Assembly (NCBI GenBank): GCA_963771175.1
Contig: CAVYSY010000038.1
Span: 224,001-288,000 of the forward strand
Length of the DNA: 64,000 nucleotides
Reading direction: 5' to 3'
Source: an uncultured delta proteobacterium
Lineage (GTDB): Bacteria; Myxococcota; Myxococcia; Myxococcales; Myxococcaceae
The position numbers and the translations under genes were made by a program. Numbering within the stretch: position 1 is the first letter of the stretch; each line of letters opens with the position of its first letter. A model generated the notes under the pieces. That model was not told where the DNA came from, ran no database searches, and saw only the letters and a list, made by a program, of their open reading frames with translations. Below are positions 10,899 through 21,277 of this stretch, piece after piece.

Positions 10899-12073
10899 GT
10901 GGCCGCCGACTCTCCCCTCCGCCTCCGCCTCCTCGAGTCCATCACCGACGTCCCCGCCTCGGCCTGGGACGCGCTCGCTGGACCCGAGGCCCCTCCCTTC
11001 ATCCGCCATGCGTGGCTCGCCGCCATGGAGGAGAGTGGCAGTGCCCGGCTGGAGACCGGCTGGGAGCCCCAGCACCTCACGCTCTGGCGTGGGAAGCAGC
11101 TCGTCGCCGCCTCGCCCGCCTATCGCAAGCACCACAGCATGGGCGAGTACATCTACGACTTCGCCTGGGCCAGCGCCGCCGAGCGGCTCGGCATCGAGTA
11201 CTACCCCAAGCTGGTCGTCGGCGCCCCGCTCTCCCCCGCCACCAGCCCGCGCTTCCTCATCGCCGCCGGGGAGGACGTCGCCCGCGCTCCGCAAGGCGCT
11301 GCTCCAGGCCGCCATCGAGAGCGCGCGCGAGGAGCGGTTGCTCCTCCGTCCACGTCCTCTACCCCCGCGAGGACGAGGCGGACCTGCTGGAGGAGGACGG
11401 GCTCGCGCGCCGCATCACCCTGCAGTTCCACTGGAAGAACCCGGGCTATCGCGGCTACGACGACTACCTGGCCCGCTTCGACTCCAAGCGCCGCTCGCAG
11501 ATCAAGCGCGAGCGCGCCGCCGCGGCCTCCCAGGGCATCGTCATCCGCACCGTGCGCGGCCAGGAGCTGGGCCCCGAGCACGCCCGGCGTGCCTACGGCT
11601 TCTACGAGGCCACCTGCGAGAGCCGGGGGCCCTGGGGTCAGGTGCAGCTCAACCGGGACTTCTTCGAGCGCGCCTTCCGCGCGTTGCCGGAGACGGTGGA
11701 GCTGGTCCAGGCCGAGCGCGGCGGCAAGGTCATCGCCGGGGCCTTCAACCTCGCCACCCCCAAGCGCCTCTACGGCCGCTACTGGGGCTGCTTCGAGGAG
11801 CACCCCTTCCTGCACTTCCACGTGTGCCTGTACCACTCGGTGGACGAGTGCATCCAGACCGGGCGCAAGGTGTTCGAGCCCGGCGCGGGCGGGGAGCACA
11901 AGATCGCCCGCGGCTTCGAGCCCACCGCCGTGCACAGCGCGCACCTGCTCTTCGACAGGACGCTCGACAAGGCCGTGCGTGACTTCCTCCGCCGCGAGCA
12001 CGCCCACCTGCGCCCCGCCATCGAGCAGGCCGAGCAGCTCGCCGGCCTCAAGCCCTGGCCCCTCCCGGAATAG
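10899..12073 (+). CDS. FemAB-like GNAT family protein (DUF482-type), frameshifted
   Basis: PFIRHAWLAAMEESG, HSMGEYIYDFAWA, YYPKL, LYGRYWG, LHFHVCLY, FEPGAGGEHKIARGF. Confidence 0.88.
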
Positions 12074-12087
12074 GGCCGCGCCACCGG

Positions 12088-12627
12088 TCAGTAGCGCACG
12101 TCCAGGCTCGGCAGCAGCAGGCGGGACTCGCCCTGGGCCCGCAGCGACTGCCCCAGGTCCAGGTGCACCACCGCGTGGCCACGCTTGGCGAGGTAGGCCA
12201 CCGGAGCCTCGAAGCGCAGCGGCGCCACCCGCGTGTCGAGGACCCCGCCGCCCGAGGCTCCCTCGTAGCCGCCGAAGTCGTCGAACTCCACCGCCACCTT
12301 CACCCGCTCCACCCCGTCCGGCACCACGAAGCGGCCGATGAGGTGCGCGTGCTCGGGATTGGTCAGCTCCAGCGCCTGACGCGTCTTGAGTCGGGTGGCC
12401 AGCGGCTGGCCGTCCACCGTGGTGACGGTGATGCGGCGCACCTGCACGAGCGCCGAGCCGTAGCCGGGATTGTTCACCCCCTTGAGGCGCAGCTCGAAGC
12501 GCTGGCCCTGGAGCTCCTCGGGGAAGTCCGGGCGGGGACCGGTGACCCCGCGCGTCTGGTCACTCTCACCGCAGCCCGCGAGACAGAGGACGACCGCGCC
12601 CAGCGCGGACAACATCAGCTTCTTCAT
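12088..12627 (-). CDS. Hypothetical lipoprotein
   Basis: MKKLMLSALGAVVLCLAGC lipobox; GGAG RBS. Confidence 0.75.
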   Translation of the reverse strand: MKKLMLSALGAVVLCLAGCGESDQTRGVTGPRPDFPEELQGQRFELRLKGVNNPGYGSALVQVRRITVTTVDGQPLATRLKTRQALELTNPEHAHLIGRFVVPDGVERVKVAVEFDDFGGYEGASGGGVLDTRVAPLRFEAPVAYLAKRGHAVVHLDLGQSLRAQGESRLLLPSLDVRY

Positions 12628-12664
12628 GGTGTGTTCTCCTGGAAGTCGAGTGGGGGAGCTGGCG

Positions 12665-13636
12665 CTACCGGCGGACGGGCTCCGTCGGGTCGATGGCGAT
12701 GCTGGCGGCGTGCGCCGGCGTGGCCCGGCCCGCGTCGAAGCCCTGGGGCAGCGGCTCGCGCGTGCCCGCCTCGTTGGTGCGCCGCAGCTCCGTGGCGAGT
12801 CGCTCGGTGCCCTCGTCCCCCGAGGTGCCCAGCGTCCGCAGGGCCTCGTCGAGCGCCCGGCTCCGCTTCGCCTCGGTCCCGAAGAGGCGCTCGTTGCACG
12901 AGGCCACCAGCGCCTCACGCGCGAGCTCGAAGCGCCAGGCCTCCGTCTCGTTCCGGGCCTCGCCATTGCGGTCCAGGCCGGGGCTGGCCCACAGCAGGCC
13001 GAGCGCGTGCTCCAGCGACTCCACCTGAGCCACGCCCAGGTCGATGCGCCCCGGCGCGAGGCACTGCTGGAGTGCCCCCTCGTGCACCTTGAAGAAGCCC
13101 GCGTTGCGCGAGGCCGGGGCCAGGGCGTTCCCCGTATCCGTGCACAGGGGATCATGCTGCGGACAGGTCATGTCGCAGTCCACATAGGGCTCGCAGCAGG
13201 AGACGCGCGCGGCGCACTGCGTCTCGCCCAGGTCCCACCCCACCCGGAGCGCGCTGTCGAAGTGCCCGTCCACCTTGCCGTCCGAGGCCGCCAGCGCCTG
13301 ACAGGCATCGAGGGACGCCAGCTTCACCTCGAAGGAGCTCTCCTTCTCCTGGCCCACCCCGACCGCCAGCGGCGTCTGGAACGGGAAGCGGAAGCCGTAG
13401 GGCTCCAGCAGCGCGTCCTCCACCACGTTGGCCACCGACTCGCCCGTCGGGTGGACATTCTTCAGCGTGTAGTGGAAGCGCAGCGTGGCCGGGAACTTCG
13501 TCACCCGGGGGGCCTCGGCCGTCGGCTTCTCGCCCTGGACCCGGATGCGCTTTTCACAGGTGAACTCATGGGCACTCGCCGCCCCCGCCCCTCCCAGCAC
13601 CGCGGCCATGGCCATGGCCTTCCATCCCCTCTGCAT
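12665..13636 (-). CDS. Hypothetical secreted Cys-containing protein
   Basis: Signal peptide ending ASA-HEF; plausible codon usage. Confidence 0.7.
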   Translation of the reverse strand: MQRGWKAMAMAAVLGGAGAASAHEFTCEKRIRVQGEKPTAEAPRVTKFPATLRFHYTLKNVHPTGESVANVVEDALLEPYGFRFPFQTPLAVGVGQEKESSFEVKLASLDACQALAASDGKVDGHFDSALRVGWDLGETQCAARVSCCEPYVDCDMTCPQHDPLCTDTGNALAPASRNAGFFKVHEGALQQCLAPGRIDLGVAQVESLEHALGLLWASPGLDRNGEARNETEAWRFELAREALVASCNERLFGTEAKRSRALDEALRTLGTSGDEGTERLATELRRTNEAGTREPLPQGFDAGRATPAHAASIAIDPTEPVRR

Positions 13637-13903
13637 AGCGTTCCCCCGTGTGTGGACCCGAGCGCCCTGGCGGCTCGTGCCCCCGTTCCCCTTCACGACC
13701 CATACCGGGCGCGCCAACCACCCACTTCGTCCACCGGAAGGCGCCTCGTGGGTACAGCGTGCGACAGGGATGCTCGCCCGCCTGCCCTGGAGGAGGGAAC
13801 GGCGCCTCCCACGGTGGGAAAGCGGTTACCCACCCTGGAACCGGACACACCCCTGTGAATGGAAAGTGAATTGGGAGGAAACAACCCGTAGAGTCTGACC
13901 GCT

Positions 13904-14593
13904 ATGAAAGCGCCTGAGACAGAAGCGGACTTCCTGCAGTGGTACGAGGACTGCTGGGCGGATCGGGACGAGGTCGAGTACCCCAAGCTCTTTGGAGCCA
14001 TCAGCGAGGAGGTCTACACGCTGGACCAGAGTGGAGCTCTGGAGGCCTGGTTGGAGAGTGACCTGGCCGAGGTCAAGGAGTTGGATCCCAACTGGGGGGG
14101 GATGGGGGTGCGCGTGGCGCCCCCGAGCCCGGACTACCCCTACTGGACATACGTGACGAGTGGCCTGTCCAACCCCTTCACGGTGGCCCCGGGTCAGGAG
14201 ATTGAAGCGGGCCGGCCGAGCGGCATCGGCTACGAGATGGTCATCCACACGACCGAGGAGGCGAAGTGGCCGGTGCTCCGGCTGCTGGACATGATGGCCT
14301 ACAACCTCGTGTGCATGCGGGCCTTCGCGGTGGGACACCGCTACCCGGTGGAGGGCACGCTGGACGGCAGCCCCGAGACGAAGCTCAACGGCTTCGTCTT
14401 CGTGACGGACCCCTCGCGCCCCTCCCACTTCGAGCTGGAGTCGGGGAAGGTGCAGCTCCTGACGCTGGTGGGCGTGACGAAGAACGAGATGGCCTTCTCT
14501 CGTTCCAACGGCATGGACCGGCTGATGGCGAAGCTGGTGGCCGCGGGCACCGGCTTCATCACGAATACCCAGCGCGAGCAGGTCCCGCTGTAG
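13904..14593 (+). CDS. Suppressor-of-fused (SUFU) domain protein
   Basis: WTYVTSGLSNP, GIGYEMVI, GKVQLLTLVGVTKNE. Confidence 0.85.
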   Translation: MKAPETEADFLQWYEDCWADRDEVEYPKLFGAISEEVYTLDQSGALEAWLESDLAEVKELDPNWGGMGVRVAPPSPDYPYWTYVTSGLSNPFTVAPGQEIEAGRPSGIGYEMVIHTTEEAKWPVLRLLDMMAYNLVCMRAFAVGHRYPVEGTLDGSPETKLNGFVFVTDPSRPSHFELESGKVQLLTLVGVTKNEMAFSRSNGMDRLMAKLVAAGTGFITNTQREQVPL

Positions 14594-14709
14594 CCGTCCT
14601 CCATCCCTTCGTGACGCCAGCCCCCTCTCCCGACACCTGGGAGAGGGGCAAAACTCACGGGGTTGGCACCGGCCATGTCAGAGCCGGGTGTTAGAGACGT
14701 CACTGCACC

Positions 14710-14823
14710 ATGACCTCCAACACCCAGACCCTGCAGAGCACCTGGGCGGCCCTGAAGCTGTTGGGCTGCACCCTGGTGGGTTCGGTGGTGGGAGCACTGC
14801 TCATCACCACCCTCACCTCGTGA
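14710..14823 (+). CDS. Small 37-aa membrane peptide
   Basis: Manual translation MTSNTQTLQSTWAALKLLGCTLVGSVVGALLITTLTS; GC3-rich codons; shorter than anything in the ORF track. Confidence 0.5.
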   Translation: MTSNTQTLQSTWAALKLLGCTLVGSVVGALLITTLTS

Positions 14824-14836
14824 GACGGCTCGCCGC

Positions 14837-15763
14837 TCAGCCCATGCGGCCGTAGACGGCGCCGCTCACGTCCACACCCACACCCCACTCGCGGCCGGCG
14901 ATGTCCACCTGAGGACCGATCGGCAGCGAGTGGTTCGACCACGTCCGGCCGCCGTCCTCGCTCTGATGCAGGGCGAGGTCGGCGCTCCTGGTCGGGTCCG
15001 CGCTACGGGTCAGCAGGCGCAGCACGCCCTCGGCGGAGACGAGGCGCAGCGGCTCGCGGCCATTGGGCAGCGGCTCCAACCAGCGCACCTCGGAGCCCTG
15101 GAGCTCGCCCACCCGGGCCTGGCCCTCCACCACGGCGGCCACGAAGGCCCCGTCCACGTCCACCACGCGGCTCGCGCCCACCACGTCCTGCTGGCGCCAC
15201 GAGGCACCGCCGTCCGTGGTGAGGGAGATGCCCTTGCCCAGCAGGGCCACGCCCCCCTCGATGCGCCGCAGACGCTCGGTGTGCGGGTTGCGCTCGCCCG
15301 CCAGCTCCACCTCGGTCCACGAGGCGCCACCCTCCGTGGTGCGCCCGAGGAACCAGGCGCCCAGCACCCAGACTTCGTTGGCACTGAGGGCCAGCACCTG
15401 GGCGAGGCTCGGCGCGCCCACCGGCCCGCGCGTCTGCCACTCGAGGCCACCGTCCGTGGACACCAGCAGGTGGTAGTCCGAGCCCGAGCCCGAGGGCTTC
15501 AGCGTGGCACCGACGGCCACGCCCAGCGACCCGTTGCAGTCCAGGGCCTGAATCCAGCCCGGACCCTCCCAGGTCCTCGTCACGGACCCGGCGGACACCC
15601 GGTGGAGCTGGGCGCGACGGCCCCGCATGCGCTCCAGGAGGGCGCCCGCGGACGGCTCCGCCACGGCCCCGACGAGGCCGAAGCCCTCACGGCTCGCGGC
15701 GACCACTCCCACCTTCAAGCCCTCGGACAGCGCTCCCAGCCTCTCCCAGTCTTTCTCCGGCAC
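14837..15763 (-). CDS. BNR/Asp-box beta-propeller protein
   Basis: Asp boxes STDGGLEW, TTEGGASW, TTDGGASW, SEDGGRTW. Confidence 0.75.
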   Translation of the reverse strand: MPEKDWERLGALSEGLKVGVVAASREGFGLVGAVAEPSAGALLERMRGRRAQLHRVSAGSVTRTWEGPGWIQALDCNGSLGVAVGATLKPSGSGSDYHLLVSTDGGLEWQTRGPVGAPSLAQVLALSANEVWVLGAWFLGRTTEGGASWTEVELAGERNPHTERLRRIEGGVALLGKGISLTTDGGASWRQQDVVGASRVVDVDGAFVAAVVEGQARVGELQGSEVRWLEPLPNGREPLRLVSAEGVLRLLTRSADPTRSADLALHQSEDGGRTWSNHSLPIGPQVDIAGREWGVGVDVSGAVYGRMG

Positions 15764-15899
15764 GCGTCAACCTCGGCGAATCAGGAATGCGGGCGTGGAA
15801 GATGCCAGCCCGCCCGCAACCAGGGAAGGGATAGGTGGGGCACGAGTGTGGACCCCCCGATATGGCCCACGGGCCGCGACGTTCCCCAGGGGGGAATGC

Positions 15900-16497
15900 A
15901 CCCGGACTTCCCTCGCCGAGAACGCGGGCGCCACCTTCCACCACCTCGGGCAGGACCTGGCGCTGAGCTCGCCGTACTCGACCTGCCCTTCCTCTTCTGG
16001 GTCTCCTCCGACGCGTCCCAGTGCCCTTTCATCCCCGGCCCCCAGGCTCCGGCCTCCGAGCTGCTCGGCTTCCTCGATGGCCTACACACTGTGACCAGGC
16101 GCTCGCGGGCTCTCAAGGCTTCTACTACCAGGCGGCCACCGAGCTGGGCTGGCCCCACCTCCCCGAGGAGCACCTGAAGGACCTGCTGCGCTACCCGCGC
16201 AAGAACAACCCCCTCACGAACCTGCTGGTCCCCATGGAGCCGCGCAACGACCCCTCGCTCCTGCTTCAGGTGGAGCAGTGGAGCCGCACCGAGGCCGAGC
16301 GCCTGCTGCTCGTCTACGGTGAGAACGACCCCTGGACCACCGGCGGCTTCTCGGTCCATGCGCCCAACGACTCCTTCCGCTTCACCGTCCCCGGAGGCAA
16401 TCACCTCGCCCGGCTGGGCCAGCTCCCCGAGCCCGAGCGCATGCGGGCCCTGGAGCGACTCTCCGCGTGGACGGGCGTCGCCGTGACGCCGCCATAG
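15900..16497 (+). pseudogene. C-terminal part of an S28/S37 (PS-10-like) aminopeptidase
   Basis: FYYQAATELGWP, LLVYGENDPWT, VPGGNH; N-terminal half absent; start approximate. Confidence 0.65.
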
Positions 16498-16669
16498 CCC
16501 TCCGAGGAGGAACACCGTCCACCCGGTGTCAGGTGTGCTCCCCCGCTCGCCATGCGGCCAATCTTCCGGGACGTGGAGAAGTGTCGGCTCACGCCCCTTG
16601 AGGCCCCTCACCCTCCGCCCCAGCTTTCGGCGGCGCGGCATCTTCCGCGCGCTTCAGGAGGTAGACGGC

Positions 16670-17137
16670 ATGGCGGCGATGGACCTGAACAAGATGCTCG
16701 AGCGGCTCAATGACCTCATCGCGCTCGACTACGACGCGGTGGGGGCCTACGAGGCGGCGATCAACCGCATCGACGCGGAGTCCCTGCGCATGAGCCTGCG
16801 GACGTTCCAGCAGGACCATGAGCGCCACATCCGGGACCTGTCCCAGGTGGTGACGATGCTGGGCGGCACGCCGAGGCAGAAGCCGGACACGAAGGGCTTC
16901 ATCCTCAAGGGCTTCACCGCGGTCACCTCGATGATGGGCAACGAGGCCGCGCTCCAGGCGATGCGGGGCAACGAGATGCTCACCAACCGCACCTACCAGA
17001 ACGCCCTGAAGGAGGACTGGAGCGACGAGGCCCGCCGCGTCATCGAGCGCAACTTCTCGGACGAGCAGCGGCACCTGAAGTTCATCGAGAACGCGCTGCG
17101 CGACCGCAGCTGGGAGCAGGCGCCGGTGCAGCCGTAG
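16670..17137 (+). CDS. Ferritin-like DUF2383/PA2169 family protein
   Basis: LNDLIALDYDAVGAY...DHERH...DEQRH; AGGAGG RBS. Confidence 0.85.
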   Translation: MAAMDLNKMLERLNDLIALDYDAVGAYEAAINRIDAESLRMSLRTFQQDHERHIRDLSQVVTMLGGTPRQKPDTKGFILKGFTAVTSMMGNEAALQAMRGNEMLTNRTYQNALKEDWSDEARRVIERNFSDEQRHLKFIENALRDRSWEQAPVQP

Positions 17138-17307
17138 GCCCCGCGAGGGTGTCCGGTCGGGTCCGGAGCGGCCAGCGTGAATGAGCCTGGCCGCCCGGCG
17201 ACCCGGCCGAGGGGGAATGGGTGCGAGTGGGACGGCTGCCCGCTCCCCCACGTGTTTCCTCCCCATTGAGCGGCGGAAGGAACATCCCCGCCCCTCGGGA
17301 GGAGGAC

Positions 17308-18381
17308 ATGCGAGAGAACGAGTACCCCGCGCGCTGGTGGCATGCGCTGGAGGACGGGCGCATCCAGTGCGACCTGTGTCCGCGCGACTGCAAGCTGCAC
17401 GAGGGGCAGCGGGGCATGTGTTTCGTGCGGGAGCGGACGGGCGACCAGATGGTGCTGAGCACGTATGGGCGCTCGTCGGGGTTCTGCGTGGACCCCATCG
17501 AGAAGAAGCCCCTGGTGCACTTCCATCCGGGCAGCAGCGTGCTGTCCTTCGGGACGGCCGGGTGCAACCTGGCGTGCCGCTTCTGCCAGAACTGGGACAT
17601 CTCGAAGTCGCGCGAGATGGACAGGCTCACCGACGAGGCGACCCCCGAGGCCATCGCCCGCGCCGCCGAGGCGCGCGGCTGCCGGAGCGTGGCCTTCACC
17701 TACAACGACCCGGTCATCTTCGCCGAGTACGCCATGGACGTGGCGGACGCGTGCCATGCGCGCGGCATCCAGACGGTGGCGGTGACCGCGGGCTACATGC
17801 GCGCCGAGCCACGCCGTGAGTTCTACGCGAAGATGGACGCGGCGAACGTGGACCTGAAGGCCTTCACCGAGGACTTCTACTTCCAGCTCACCGCCGCGCA
17901 CTTGAAGCCGGTGCTGGAGACGCTCGAGTACCTCCGCCACGAGACGAAGACGTGGCTGGAGATCACCACGCTGCTGATTCCGGGGAAGAACGACTCGGAC
18001 GCGGAGGTGGGGGCGATGAGCGAGTGGCTGATGGAGCACCTGGGCCCGGACGTGCCGCTGCACTTCACGGCGTTCCACCCGGACTACAAGCTGCGAGACC
18101 TCCCACCCACCCCGCCGGCCACGCTGCGCCGGGCGAGGGACATCGCTCGCAAGGCGGGGCTGCGGTACGTGTACACGGGCAACACGCACGACCCCGCGGG
18201 CGAGACGACGCTGTGCCCGGACTGCGGCAAGGCGCTCATCGTGCGCGACTGGTTCCAGCTCCTGACGTACCGGCTCACGGCGGAGGGCAAGTGCCCGGAT
18301 TGCGGAGCGCAGGTGCCGGGGCACTTCGACACGGAGCCGGGAGACTTCGGCCGCCGCCGGCTGCCCGTGGCCGTGATGTGA
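17308..18381 (+). CDS. amrS: AmmeMemoRadiSam system radical SAM enzyme
   Basis: CDLCPRDC, VDPIEKKPL.HF.PG, GCNLACRFCQNWDISK, YVYTGN. Confidence 0.92.
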   Translation: MRENEYPARWWHALEDGRIQCDLCPRDCKLHEGQRGMCFVRERTGDQMVLSTYGRSSGFCVDPIEKKPLVHFHPGSSVLSFGTAGCNLACRFCQNWDISKSREMDRLTDEATPEAIARAAEARGCRSVAFTYNDPVIFAEYAMDVADACHARGIQTVAVTAGYMRAEPRREFYAKMDAANVDLKAFTEDFYFQLTAAHLKPVLETLEYLRHETKTWLEITTLLIPGKNDSDAEVGAMSEWLMEHLGPDVPLHFTAFHPDYKLRDLPPTPPATLRRARDIARKAGLRYVYTGNTHDPAGETTLCPDCGKALIVRDWFQLLTYRLTAEGKCPDCGAQVPGHFDTEPGDFGRRRLPVAVM

Positions 18382-18493
18382 CCTACCTCCCCGCCGGAGG
18401 AGGGCTGGGGTGAGGGTCATCCTGTGGATTCAGCGAAGCCGCCCTGCCACCATTCGTGTAGTAGAACGCGCCAACGCCTCCTTTTCCGAGCCC

Positions 18494-19665
18494 ATGATCC
18501 ACAAGCTGACCCTGCAGAACTTCAAAGGCATCGAGTCGGCTGAACTCGCCTTCGACCGATTCACGGTGCTCGTTGGACCGAATGCTTCAGGGAAAACGAG
18601 CGTGCTGCAGGCACTGGACCTGCTTTCGGCTTTTGCCGACCCGATCCATCCATCGCAGCAACGTCATCCAGCAGTACGGTGGTCTTCCGCCATCAGGCGG
18701 AGCAGCGAGTCCCTGGTTCTCATTCAGGCAGAAGGAGAATGGGAGCCAGAAGCCGGGCGTCCTTCGTATGGAGCTGAAGGCCACGAAACAGCAGTCGGCC
18801 GACAATCTGCGCCCTCTATTGGAAGTGAATGGCCGATGGGGAGAACTGGACTTCGTAGTACCAGAGGTTCCACGCACGGCAATGGACATCTCCACACGCA
18901 GAAGCCAGCCGCAAGCCTCCTCGCCTTCCTGAAGGACTGGACCGCCAGCGTCCTCCTGCGTCTGGAAGTCGCGCCGCCTCGCTGAGCCGTCCTATGCGGA
19001 ATCAGTCCAGCCCAGGATCGACACAGACGGGGCGGGCCTCGCCACCACGCTGGCTCAGATGGCCCTGAATCGGCCAGAAGACTTCGCGGAACTCCTTGGT
19101 GCACTTCGTGCCGTGATTCCCCAGGTCGTTCGGGTTCGACTCTCCCTGGCGGAGGTCACACGTCAGGAGGCGGAAACACTCCGCATCAACGATGAGCCCA
19201 TCACCCGACATGTGACACGGACCTACTCCGGTCACCGAATCCTCTTCGATACGAAGTCAGGCACGGGAATCCCGAGCGAGGCCGCGAGCGAAGGCACCCT
19301 CCTCGTCCTCGGCCTGCTCACCGTCCTGATGAGCGAACCCAGGCCCAAGCTGGTCCTGCTCGATGATCTCGGACCGTGGCCTGCATCCCAAGGCCCAGCG
19401 AGATTTGGTAGTCCAGCTCCGCAAGCTGCTGGAGCGCGACCCGGAGCTGCAGATCATCGCTACCAGCCACTCCCCCTACCTCGTGGACCACCTCGAGCCG
19501 CAGGAGGTCCGGCTGTCCACCGTACTCCCCGACGGCACCATCCGCTTCGCCGCCCTCACGGACCATCCGGATTTCGAGCGCTGGAAGGAAGCAATGCGGC
19601 CCGGTGAGTTCTGGAGCACAGTGGGCGAGCAGTGGGTGGGTGAGCGAGGAGCGGAGCAGCCCTGA
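18494..19665 (+). CDS. AAA_21-type ATPase (frameshifted)
   Basis: LQNFKGI, Walker A GPNASGKT, SEGT, LLDD..RGLHPKAQ, TSHSPY. Confidence 0.85.
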
Positions 19666-19671
19666 TGGCGG

Positions 19672-20427
19672 ATGCGAGCTCGTTCCATCGTCGTCATCTG
19701 CGAGGCCGCCGCCGATCAGCGGACAACCTGTGGCATCGTGGATCGCATCCTGAGCCAGAGCGCGGACTGGATACAGCCCGAGTTGCTCGATGCCCTGCGG
19801 CAATGGCGTGGGCTGACAAAGAGCGAGCCCTTCCTCGCATGGAAGAACCTTCACGCTCGCGCCGATGCGGCCAACATCCGCATCAACGGCCTTTTCGGAG
19901 GTGAGCCGGGAGCTCCGGATGCCTTCATCGCTCGCCGTGCTCTGGCACTCCTGACGACCCAGGGAGAGCACGACATTGATGCCGTGCTACTGATCCGGGA
20001 CAGCGACATGGACCCCCGCCGGCACAAGGGACTCGAACAGGCCCGCGCACAGACCAGCGGCCTGGGTCCCATCATCATTGCCGTTGCCCATCCCAAGCGC
20101 GAGGCCTGGGTCCTGGCTGGATTCGATGCGGCCAGTGATGACGAGCGCTCGAGGCTCGAAGAACTTCGCCGAGAGCTCGGCTTCGATCCGTGCCGCCACG
20201 CGGAGGAACTGACCGCCACCAAGCACGGGGCAAAGCGGGATGCCAAGCGAGTCCTGAGCGAGCTCACCCAGGATGACTATCAGCGGGAAGTCGTGTGCTG
20301 GACGGAAGCCCCGCTGGAGCAACTCGAAGCCCGGGGAGAGGCAACGGGCCTCGCGGACTTCATCCAGGAAGTGCGTGACCGGCTCGTGCCGCTCTGGACC
20401 GGACGTCCTACGACTCAGCAGAATTGA
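19672..20427 (+). CDS. ATPase partner protein with TOPRIM-like acidic motifs (DUF4276-like)
   Basis: VVICEAAAD, IRDSD, REAWVL; starts 7 nt after the ATPase stop. Confidence 0.6.
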   Translation: MRARSIVVICEAAADQRTTCGIVDRILSQSADWIQPELLDALRQWRGLTKSEPFLAWKNLHARADAANIRINGLFGGEPGAPDAFIARRALALLTTQGEHDIDAVLLIRDSDMDPRRHKGLEQARAQTSGLGPIIIAVAHPKREAWVLAGFDAASDDERSRLEELRRELGFDPCRHAEELTATKHGAKRDAKRVLSELTQDDYQREVVCWTEAPLEQLEARGEATGLADFIQEVRDRLVPLWTGRPTTQQN

Positions 20428-20531
20428 ACTCGTGGAGGATGTGAACTGTCCGACGCCTGATGCGGCGCGGCGAACCCGGACCCTGAGCACGGCCGAGCGC
20501 GGCGCAGGCATGCCCGTTAGGCATAGGCGCT

Positions 20532-21170
20532 GTGCTGGACTCCGACGCCTCCCCCGTCCGTCTCACCCTGGTCGCCGAGGACCCACTCGCCCGAGGAGCG
20601 CTCTCCCGCGCCCTCGCGGAGCAGGGCGACGACATCGCCGTCATCGCCTCCGGCACCCTGGCGGAGGTGGAGTCCTCGCGCCCGGAGCTCGCTCCCGATG
20701 TCGTGCTGTGGGACGTGGGCCTGCACCCAGCCGAGCCCGGTGGACGGCTCGATGCTCCCGAACTCGGCGCCCCCGTGCTCGCGCTCGTTCCCGATGAGCC
20801 CGCCGGAGAGGCAGCACTCTCCACGGGGGCCCGGGGGTTGCTCTTCCGGGACGTGGCCCCCGCTCCGCTGCTCGCCGCGCTCCGCGCCGTGGCCCGAGGC
20901 CTCACCGTGTTCGACCCGGCCCTCGCCCCTCTGCGAGCCACCCCGCGCGCCTCGAATCCCACCGTGGGGCCGGAGACGCTGACGCCTCGGGAGCGAGAGG
21001 TGCTCGCACTGCTCGCCGAGGGCCTGTCCAACAAGGCCATCGCCGATCGGCTCGACATCAGCGAGCACACCGCGAAGTTCCATGTGAACGCGGTGCTGGC
21101 CAAGCTCGGCGTACAGCGGCGCACCGAAGCCGTCGTCCGGGCCGCGCGCATGGGACTCGTAACGCTATAG
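20532..21170 (+). CDS. LuxR/NarL family response regulator
   Basis: PDVVLWD receiver-like region; LTPREREVL...SNKAIADRL.ISEHTAKFHV HTH. Confidence 0.9.
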   Translation: MLDSDASPVRLTLVAEDPLARGALSRALAEQGDDIAVIASGTLAEVESSRPELAPDVVLWDVGLHPAEPGGRLDAPELGAPVLALVPDEPAGEAALSTGARGLLFRDVAPAPLLAALRAVARGLTVFDPALAPLRATPRASNPTVGPETLTPREREVLALLAEGLSNKAIADRLDISEHTAKFHVNAVLAKLGVQRRTEAVVRAARMGLVTL

Positions 21171-21186
21171 CCCGATGGGAGAGGGC

Positions 21187-21206
21187 ACCTACCCGTTCGG
21201 GTAGGT
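21187..21206. promoter_or_regulatory. Palindromic operator candidate ACCTACCC-GTTC-GGGTAGGT
   Basis: Perfect 8-bp arms between the LuxR gene and the protease; related half-site ACCTGCCCGT follows at 21212. Confidence 0.5.
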
Positions 21207-21277
21207 CGAGCACCTGCCCGTCTCGCCGATGTGCCGCCGGGGCGTGCCGTTTAGCTTTCACAGCGAAAGGAAACGCC

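Noticed and set aside
17308..18381. Second RiPP radical SAM
   Set aside because: Matches the widespread AmmeMemoRadiSam family and has no precursor nearby
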